A stretch of DNA of 24,630 bases from an uncultured delta proteobacterium (lineage in GTDB: Bacteria > Myxococcota_A > Polyangia > Fen-1088): positions 1 to 24,630 of the forward strand of contig CAWCMR010000024.1 of assembly GCA_963796685.1 (NCBI GenBank), read 5' to 3'. The position numbers and the translations under genes were made by a program. This document shows, piece by piece, positions 17,082 to 24,630 of this stretch. The notes below the pieces were generated by a model, which saw only the letters and a list, made by a program, of their open reading frames with translations, had not been told where the DNA came from and searched no databases. The first letter of the stretch is position 1. The number at the start of each line of letters is the position of its first letter.

Positions 17082-18596
17082 ATGCGCAACACTCTCCATC
17101 CAAGGCGTCCATCGTCTCGTCCGTCTGTCGCCATAGTTATTGCCTGCCTTGCCTGGCCGACGGCCACCACCTTTGCCCAGGAACAGGAGGTGCCGACGTC
17201 GCCGGACGCTCCGCTTGGCGCAGCACCATCCCGAGGTGTCGCGCCTGAATCTCCGCCGCCTGTTTCTGCGCCCTCCACGACCGCCCTGGAGAAACGCATC
17301 GACGAGATCAATCTGCGAACGAGTACAGCGATTCAAGCGCTGCAGACAGCCGAAGAGGCAAGGAGCCATCGCGAGAACAACGCGCCTACGGTCTCGGCCG
17401 AGGAAGCCGGCTTCGGCATCGCGAGCAGGGATCGCAGATTCTGGATCCACATCCATGGACAACTTCAGGTCGACGGCCGGCGTTTCCTCGGCGACGACTC
17501 GCTTCGGGCTCTGGACACCTTCTTGATTCGCCGTGCACGCCCCACCATCGAGGTCTCGTTGGCGGGTCTTGCCGATGCGCAGATCACTCCGGATTTCGCT
17601 GGCGGGACCATGCAACTCTTCGATGCATTCATCGATCTTCATCCGCGGCCATGGCTGCGCCTGCGCGCCGGCAAGTTCAAACCACCGGTTGGCCTCGAGA
17701 GATTGCAATCCGACAATAGTTTGGTGTTTACCGAGCGCGCCCTCGACCAGGACCTGTCGGCTCAGCGCGATGTCGGCGTTCAGCTATGGGGGGACGTGGC
17801 TGAGGGAATCCTGCGCTACGAGGCCGCCATCCTTAATGGCGCTCCCGATTCCGCCCTGAACGACGTCGACAACGACTACGCGAAGAGCGTCGCCGGCCGG
17901 GTGTTCGTACAACCCTTTGCCAGCCCAAACCTGCGTTGGTTAGGGCGGCTTGGCCTGGGGTTCGCCGCGCAGACCGCCGACGAAACAGGCAGCCCTGCTA
18001 TCAGCAACGCAGCCGTCACCGGAACATGGCTGGGCTCGTTCAAATCGATCGGACAGAACGCCATCTTCTCGTATTCGTCGAGCACAACCGATACTTCCCG
18101 AACCGTCGTGTCGCTGCACCGTCATACGCGCCTCAACCCACAGCTCTACTACTACTACGGCCCGCTCGGCTTCGAGGCGGAGTACCTCCACGAGCGCATT
18201 GGGGTGAGCAAGGGAGACACCGAGGCGACTCTTGAAAACTCGGCCGGTCACGCAACCCTCGCCTACGTTCTCGGAGGCGATTGCCGGTACGAAGGCCCCA
18301 CGGTTCGCAACCCATTCGATCTCGAAACCGGCGGGCTCGGTGCGCTCGAAATCGGTGTTCGTTACGATTGGCTCAAGATTGACTCGGCGACTTTTCCCAA
18401 TTTTGCAGACCCGGCGAAGTCGGTTGCCAAGGCGCAGGGAATCGGTGTGGCAGTGAATTGGTACCTATCGAGAGGCTTGCGCCTGGTTGCGACCTACGAC
18501 CAGACAAAGTTCGATGGTGGCGGCGGCGGCACTGGGGCGATCGTCAATCGAACGACGGAGAAGGTCTTCATCGGCCGCATGCAGGTCGGCTACTGA
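17082..18596 (+). CDS. OprO/OprP-family anion-selective porin (probably sulfate uptake)
   Basis: CAGGAG RBS and signal peptide ending TFA|QEQ. Motifs DTFLIRRARP, RLRAGKFKPPVGLERLQSD, RDVGVQLWG, GALEIGVRY and GVAVNWYL, ending RMQVGY. Divergent from sbp. Confidence 0.9.
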   Translation: MRNTLHPRRPSSRPSVAIVIACLAWPTATTFAQEQEVPTSPDAPLGAAPSRGVAPESPPPVSAPSTTALEKRIDEINLRTSTAIQALQTAEEARSHRENNAPTVSAEEAGFGIASRDRRFWIHIHGQLQVDGRRFLGDDSLRALDTFLIRRARPTIEVSLAGLADAQITPDFAGGTMQLFDAFIDLHPRPWLRLRAGKFKPPVGLERLQSDNSLVFTERALDQDLSAQRDVGVQLWGDVAEGILRYEAAILNGAPDSALNDVDNDYAKSVAGRVFVQPFASPNLRWLGRLGLGFAAQTADETGSPAISNAAVTGTWLGSFKSIGQNAIFSYSSSTTDTSRTVVSLHRHTRLNPQLYYYYGPLGFEAEYLHERIGVSKGDTEATLENSAGHATLAYVLGGDCRYEGPTVRNPFDLETGGLGALEIGVRYDWLKIDSATFPNFADPAKSVAKAQGIGVAVNWYLSRGLRLVATYDQTKFDGGGGGTGAIVNRTTEKVFIGRMQVGY

Positions 18597-18662
18597 CGAA
18601 AGGTCGCCATCGGCGAAGGAGACGATTTTTTTTTGTTTTCAGGGCGGAGGAATCTGGCCCTC

Positions 18663-19657
18663 CTACAACACCTGGTATTGCAGCCCACGGCGACGGACGG
18701 CTTCACGTCCTGCTCGCCGTAGAGATTCTTGTAGAACGGGATCTGGGCACGTGCGAACACCCAGAAGGCGCTGGAGGCGTTGAAGTACAGGCCGGGTGCC
18801 ACGGACAAAAGCGCGCCGCCGGTGTTGTCCGCGGTGATGCTCGACGCCGCGCCGGCGTCGGTGGTTTGGTCGACGCGGGCGTAGCGGCCGTCGATGCCGA
18901 GGTCCACGGCAAGGGTGGAAACGGGCCGGTACTGTCCGTGGACGCTCCACAGGGCGGCGTCGCCGAACTTGTACTTGCTGCCATCGAAGTATGAGCCCGT
19001 GGTCCGCCATCGGTAGGACAAATCGGCGAAACCCATCCACTTGACCTGCTCGAAGCGGTAGTGAAGCCCCAGGAACGGTCCCCATCCGCCCGTGCCAAGC
19101 TGGCCGTGCGGATCGACGACGGTTACCTCGCCCGTGCTCGGGTCGGTCATCTTGGCATCGCTTGCCCCCGTGGGCATCATGACTCCGCCCGCGAGCGCGA
19201 ATTCCTGGGCGCGTCCGATGCCCATGTCGACGGCGCGCCAGAGCGCGTAGCGCGCTCCCAGCTCCGCGTCGCCGATTCCGGTGAGGTGGGAGGCGGTGAT
19301 GTCCGTGCCACCGCCCACGGTGTGGATGGTCTTGTCCAGCACCGGAAGGGTCGCGATGAGGGATAGCCGGCTGATGGGGCGGTAGACGGCATTGAGACGG
19401 TAGGACCATTGCGTGAGCTCGTCCGTGTAGCCGGGCGAGTTGTCCGTACCCGCGTCGACGCGCAGATATTCGGTGTCGAGCTGAAGACGCAAGAGCCCGG
19501 TGATGGCCGCCGGATCGCTGGCCACGAGCAGCGGATCGCCACACCCGCAGATGGAGCAGGCTGTGGCCTCGGGGATCGCCGTGCAGAGCGCGACCGCGAG
19601 CCCGAGCGCTGCAAACGACAGTCGCAACCTACCCCATGCAATCGCTCTATTCCGCAT
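18663..19657 (-). CDS. Outer-membrane beta-barrel transporter with N-terminal CxxCGC motif; one frameshift near the C-terminus as read
   Basis: Signal peptide ending ATA|CSICGCGDP, and motifs TGIGDAELG, MPTG, QLGTG and LLSVAPG. Adding one base at 18684-18686 restores the barrel end PSVAVGLQYQVL*. Confidence 0.8.
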
Positions 19658-19878
19658 AGCCCTTGGATGCCCGGCCCGGACATTGGTTCGGCCGGCGTAT
19701 CCCGCCAATTTTTGCGGCCCACTCATGTGTCGCTCGGCAGCGCATCGCGCGCCAGCATTTGTACCGACGCGCTTGCGCCCGGGGGGCGTGCCGAGGTCGT
19801 GCGTACCGAGACGGCCCACCAACCGGACGGGCCCGCTGGCGTTCACCGGCAACGGTTGGGCACGCATCGTGTGTCCCC

Positions 19879-19902
19879 GGGCTAGGAAGGGTCTCCTAGC
19901 CC
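19879..19902 (-). terminator. Hairpin at the 3' end of the SPFH gene
   Basis: GGGCTAGGA-N6-TCCTAGCCC, a perfect 9-bp inverted repeat overlapping the stop codon. No U-tract. Confidence 0.35.
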
Positions 19903-20752
19903 TTGCCAGGCTTGAGAGAGGCGGCCAGGCCCCTCATCGTCTCCATGACGTCGACCGGAACCGCCAGTATCACCGTGTTGGACGCCGACGGGCCTAGCCC
20001 GTCGAGGCTCTGCAGGGTGCGCAGTTGCATGGCGCCCGGGCTCTCGGCCATGGTGCGCGCGGCCGCGGCCAGGTTCATGGCGGCGTCGCGATCACCTTCG
20101 GCCTTGGTGATGGTGGCGCGCTTCTCGCGCTCGGCCGAGGCCTGGCGCGCCATCATCTTCTTGAGCTCCTCGGGCATGTCGACGTCCTGGATGCGGATGC
20201 CCTTGACCTCGAGGCCCCACTCCTCCGTGTCCTTTTCCACGTTGGCTTCGATGGACTTGCCAATCTCCTCCCGTTCGCTGAGGAGCTGGTCGAGCGTCAT
20301 CTGTCCGATCACGTCGCGCAGCGAGGTTTGTGCATATTGGGAAATCGCGTAGCGATAGTCCTGCACCTTGATGATGGCGTCGGCGACGTTCCTGACCTGG
20401 AAGAACAACACACCGTTGATCCGAACCGGCACGTTGTCCTTGGTGATCACTTGTTGGGTCGGGATGTCCAGCGTCAGCACGCGCGTGTCGATGAATCGGG
20501 CCTGGTCGATGAGGGGGATGATGAAGAACAAGCCCGGGCCTTTGATCGACGAGTACTTGCCCACGCGAAACACGACCACCTCTCCCATTGCGCCGCCATC
20601 TTGATTCCCGACGCCAAGATGATGTCCAGGAGCAGCCACGCCAGACCGAAGGTGACTGCGGCGACCTCGTGGAGCTGGGCGGCCGCACCGGCAAGCACCG
20701 CTCCCACGGCGCCGACCACGATGAACACGAGGATTGAAATGTAGTTGACCAT
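19896..20752 (-). CDS. SPFH/band 7 (slipin, stomatin-like) membrane protein; one frameshift as read
   Basis: GGAGGAG RBS, then MVNYISIL..., and motifs GPGLFFIIPLID, VITKDNVPV, QTSLRDVIG and MARQASAEREKRA. A missing G at about 20579-20580 restores QWERVVVFRVG. Confidence 0.9.
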
Positions 20753-20890
20753 CGCTTCTCCTCCAGCAGTTTCGACGCATCGTACTCGATCCCCGACCGG
20801 CTGGCGGCAACGACCGGGGAGCAGGGTCGCCTTTTCCAAAATGAGCTATGCCTCGACAGTCAGGAAAACTGCCTAAGAAAGGGTCGGGTC

Positions 20891-21196
20891 ATGGTGAAAG
20901 TCGCACTGTTCGTGAGGCTGGACGCGAAGCCAGGCAAGGAAGCGGAAGTCGAGCAATTCCTGCGCGCGGGATTGCCCATGGTCGAAGAGGAGCCGGGCAC
21001 GACGGCGTGGTTCGGGATCCGCCTCGGACCATCCACGTTCGGCATCTTCGATGCCTTTCCGGACGAGGCTGGACGGAACGCGCACCTGTCCGGACGGGTC
21101 GCCGCGGCACTCATGGCGAAAGCCGGCGAGCTCTTGTCGAAACCGCCCTCGATCGAAAAAGTGGACGTCCTCGCGGCCAAACTGCCGCGATTGTGA
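20891..21196 (+). CDS. Antibiotic biosynthesis monooxygenase (ABM)/putative quinol monooxygenase family protein
   Basis: LFVRLDAKPGKEAEVEQFL...EEPGTTAWF...FGIFDAFPDEAGRNAHLSG, 101 aa. Confidence 0.87.
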   Translation: MVKVALFVRLDAKPGKEAEVEQFLRAGLPMVEEEPGTTAWFGIRLGPSTFGIFDAFPDEAGRNAHLSGRVAAALMAKAGELLSKPPSIEKVDVLAAKLPRL

Positions 21197-21261
21197 CGGG
21201 GGCCGTGGCCAGGTCGATGCCCGTTCCCAGACAGGGGAGTGGAGCGGTACTCTCGATGCCC

Positions 21262-21711
21262 ATGAAGGATCCCCTGGTTCGGTTCGGTGTTGCCCTCGAA
21301 GGCTCGCTTCTGCGCGATCTCGACGCCGTCGTGCGCGAGCGTGGAGGGACGCGGTCGGAGCTGTTTCGCGATTTGGCGCGGGCCGAGGTCGGCCGGGCCA
21401 AGGTGCCCAAAGCCGTGGACGCCATCGCGACGCTCACCCTGGTCTACGACCACCACGTGCGCGATCTGAGCGAAGCGGTTGACCGACCTTCAGCACGCAG
21501 CTCGGCGAGCAGGTGCGCGCGACGTTGCACGTGCACATCAACCACGATCTATGCCTCGAGGTGATTGTGATTCGGGGCAGGCTCCGAACGGCTGAAGAGT
21601 ATCGCTGACCGCCTGCTGGCCTTGCGCGGGGTGAAACAGGGAGGAATCGAGATTGTGGCAGGTCTCGGCGATTTGGGGCACGAGCACAGCCGCAAGAGCG
21701 CCAAACGCTGA
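21262..21711 (+). CDS. nikR: Nickel-responsive transcriptional regulator NikR; three +1 insertions as read
   Basis: RHH domain (VRFGVAL...TRSELFRDL), TLTLVYDHH, and reconstructed LTDLQH...TLHVHINHDLCLEVIV (Ni ligands H, HxH, C) and ALRGVKQG. Extra bases at about 21473, 21497 and 21581. Confidence 0.9.
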
Positions 21712-21727
21712 TTAGGTTGCCCTAGGG

Positions 21728-22462
21728 TCACTCCGGGGATAGGGAAAACCGCACTGGCACGACAACCTCGCTCGTCACCGCGACGCCGGAGGCTCGAGCG
21801 GGCTCGAAGGTCCAGGTGCGGACGGCGTCGACGGCGGCCTGGTCCAGCAGCGGGTGGCCGCTGCTCTTCGCCAGCGAGACGCGCAGAGGGCGGCCATCCG
21901 GGCCAACGGTGACAGCCACACGCACCTCGCCCTCTTCGCGTCTTCGCTTGGACGCCATGGGGTAGTCGGGGCGGGGATTGCTTCGATAAAGGGGTCTCGC
22001 GAGGACGGTGATGGGGGAGGGAACTCTTCCGATCGTGGCTGCCGGTGCGCTTGGCGAAATCGGAGTCGAGACCTCTTCCTTCCTGCGTGGCGCAGTCTCG
22101 GCGGCGGCAGGCAGCGCAACCTCGTCGGGCGCTGCCTGCTCCGTGGACGGGCTCACCGCGATCTGGGGCGCGGCGGTTTGCACGCGTGCCTGGGGCCTGG
22201 GATGCGTTCGCGGGCGTCTGGGCGCGCTGGGGATTGCGGGCGTGGGCTGCCTGTCGGGCAGCACGGGCGGAACGTCGCGGCTTGGCTGCGGCTTGGCTTC
22301 GACGATGTCCACGTCGATGGTCCTGGCCGCGGCCGGTCTTCCTACGGGGCGAGTCAGCGCCAGCGCGGCCAGCCCGAACAACAGCGTGTGGCAGATCGCC
22401 GACGCCGTAAGGCTGATGGCAGTTCGCCTGCGTGCGGAGGAGGCGGTGCGTGCGGCGGGCAT
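21728..22462 (-). CDS. tonB: Energy transducer TonB
   Basis: TM with SAICH (SxxxH), Pro-rich spacer, and PDYPMASKRRREEGEV...SSGHPLLDQAAVDAVRTWTFEPA...VPVRFSL. Confidence 0.92.
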   Translation of the reverse strand: MPAARTASSARRRTAISLTASAICHTLLFGLAALALTRPVGRPAAARTIDVDIVEAKPQPSRDVPPVLPDRQPTPAIPSAPRRPRTHPRPQARVQTAAPQIAVSPSTEQAAPDEVALPAAAETAPRRKEEVSTPISPSAPAATIGRVPSPITVLARPLYRSNPRPDYPMASKRRREEGEVRVAVTVGPDGRPLRVSLAKSSGHPLLDQAAVDAVRTWTFEPARASGVAVTSEVVVPVRFSLSPE

Positions 22463-22471
22463 GGCCTCGCG

Positions 22472-24630
22472 TCAGTAGTGGACGGTCAGGCCCGCCCGGA
22501 CCTCGAAGGGCTCCACAGGGTGAATGTGCACACCGTTCACGCCGGTCGGCTCCCCGCGCAATTGCGATTCGTAGTAGTAGGCGATGTCATCCGACTTGGA
22601 ATCTAGCAGGTTGAGCAGGTCGACAGCGACCTCGTAGCGGCTGCGGCGATAACCTAGCCTGGCGTCCACGATCATCGCTGTCGGGCTCGCGCACGCTGTT
22701 GTCCTCGACGAGTGGCTGCGAGCTGAAATAGCGCAGACGCGCACTTCCGAAGAGACCGCCGGGCGCCTCGACGGTGGCTACGCCAGACACTACGATGGGA
22801 ATGGAATTGGGGATATAGGGGCCCGCGGCATCGTCGACGTAGCGCGCATGGGTAAGCGCGACATCGGCCGCCAGAGTGAGCCAAGCTCTCGGCTTATAGA
22901 AGTTCGCCCACTCCACGCCGTACTTGCGGCTTTGCGAGGTCGCCTCGGTGTCGCCTGCGTCGCCAGCGAAGGTCAGCTCGGAATCGGATTGCAAGTACCA
23001 GAGCGAAAGCGTGCTGACCAGGCCGGGCAGAATGGACGTGCGGGCTCCGACCTCGGCGCCCTTGGTGCGGACCAGCAACGGCACTTTGGACTGCGGGGCC
23101 AGGTCGGCGGCGGACACCGTGGCGGTCACGCCGCGCGCGTCGTTGCTGTGAAAACCCGAGCCGAGGTCGAGATAGAGCTCGGTCTTGTTCCACGGACCGA
23201 AGATCAGGCTCGCCTTGGGATTGACGATGGCAGAGGCCTTGCTGCCCGAGTTCACCGGGATGTTGTGGCTCGTCACGTCCACGGCGAAGACGTCCGCGCG
23301 CAGGCCGACGTTGGTCCGCAGCCAGTCGGTCCACTGGATCTGATTGTTGCCGTACGCCCCGGTGGTGAATTCCTCGATGCGGTCGTCGATATAGATCCCG
23401 CTGGATCCATCCGGATTCACCATCACCACCTGCCGATTGGCGGTGTGGTCGAGGCCGGAGAGCGGCAGGTAGTCGTTGCGAAGCTGGACACCGAGGACAT
23501 TTTCGACGTCCTTGCCGAACCAAGTCTGGTTCCAAGTCCGTTTGAGATCGGCGCCGGTGACGTACCGTCGATCGATCTGCTCGAACTGATCGCCGTTCAC
23601 GGGGTCGTCCAGGAAGTACGTGAAGTTCGAGAACAGGTTCAGGCGATAATAGAACCCGTACAGGGTCAGTGTCGTCGTGCCGTCGTCATGCTTTCGCGTC
23701 CAATTGAAGGTCAAGGCGCCCCGGCCGGTATTGCCGCCGTCGGAGGGATCCAGGGTGCCGAATCGGGAGATGAGGCCTCCGCTGATGGCCCGCTCGGCGA
23801 CGTGGTCTGTGGCATGCCAGCTCGGTGCCGCGTAGACGCTGGCGGTGAGGGTGTATTGGTCCTTCGCGCTCGTCCAGTGGTAGCGCAGAAGTCCGTTGAA
23901 GCGATTCGAATCTTCGTGGACCACCCACGGCCCGTCGTAGTGGTTGTATTCGAGTGCGTAGAGCAAGGTCCCAGGGCCCACGGTCGGCGACGCCGCCACC
24001 AGACCACGCACGAAACCGATACTCGCCGCCTTGCAGGTTGACGGTTCCATGCGGAAGGATGTTCACGAGATGGACGTCGGCCGCGCCCGAGCCCGAAAAG
24101 TCGCCAACATCCGGATAGAAGGGCCCCTTCCGGTAGTCGATCCGGCTGACGAGCTCGGGAATCAGGAAGTTCAGGTCGGGTAGCCCTGCCCATGCGCGTG
24201 GGTGGGCATGTTCCAGGGCACGCCATCGATCTTAGTGGCGAAATGGTGCCGTGGTCCAGGTTATAGCCGCGCAGGAAGTACTGGTTCGCCTTGCCATCGC
24301 CCGAGTGCTGCGTGACCACCATGCCGGGAACGGTCTCCAGCACCTCGCCCGGGCGCAGCAGCGGCAGGTCTTTGAGATCGGCCTCGCCGATGGCGCCCTC
24401 CGAGGCTCCGACCGCCACGCCCAGGATGTCTTCCGCGCGTCCGTGGACCACGACCTCGGGCATCTCGGTGGGATGGCTTGCCAGGGCAGGGCTGTTGGCC
24501 TCGGCGAGCTTGGTGGCGGGCCGATCATCAAGGCGTCCGGCCTCGACACTGCCCGCGTCGACGATTCCCACGCCGCCCGCCGCCGTCTCGGCATCAAGTT
24601 GACCGCCGTCCTGTGCCCACGAGGTGGCGC
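22472..24630 (-). CDS. TonB-dependent receptor (putative Ni/Co uptake), 5' end outside the window; four frameshifts as read
   Basis: Signal end TSWA|QDGG, EVVVHG TonB-box-like sequence, plug QHSGDGKANQYFLRGYNLDHGT...NMPTHAHGQGY.DLNFLIPELV, GFHSNDARG, and C-terminus HIHPVEPFEVRAGLTVHY*. Indels at about 24244, 24180, 24018 and 22676. Confidence 0.9.

Noticed and set aside
18604-18640. Intrinsic terminator after the porin (TCGCC-ATC-GGCGA, then T9)
   Set aside because: The stem is only 5 bp and lies 9 nt from the T-run; plausible but not supportable.
19658-19878. Possible cobalamin or NiCo riboswitch in the long region upstream of the CxxCGC barrel
   Set aside because: No B12-box or other conserved riboswitch core was recognisable by eye. 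An Rfam/Infernal scan would be decisive.

Overview
GC-rich bacterial DNA, probably Myxococcota-like. This is an inference from the TonB-domain-fused receptor, the Cys-rich lipoproteins and the sigma54 promoters. Three functional blocks are visible. (1) 271-11036 (+): a metal-uptake locus. It starts with a His/Cys-rich leader ORF ending in APKTSPP, followed by a TonB-dependent receptor (TBDR) with a fused N-terminal TonB domain, two uncharacterised lipoproteins, ExbB-ExbD-TonB, a small Cys lipoprotein, an M13 metallopeptidase and a ZIP metal transporter. (2) 11088-18596: a sulfur block. It contains dsrM-like and 3'-truncated dsrK-like genes, the sulfate ABC transporter sbp-cysT-cysW-cysA and a divergent OprO/P-family porin, and each unit has a sigma54 -24/-12 motif. 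(3) 18663-24630: a CxxCGC outer-membrane barrel, SPFH and ABM genes, nikR, tonB and a second TBDR that begins outside the window. About ten single-base frameshifts interrupt otherwise intact genes, nine of them right of 18.6 kb, and are most likely sequencing errors. The best candidate for an undescribed system is the putative metal-sensing, ribosome-stalling leader controlling the TBDR/lipoprotein/peptidase/ZIP locus. No rRNA, tRNA, CRISPR array or transposase was seen. All family calls come from motif recognition, not database searches.
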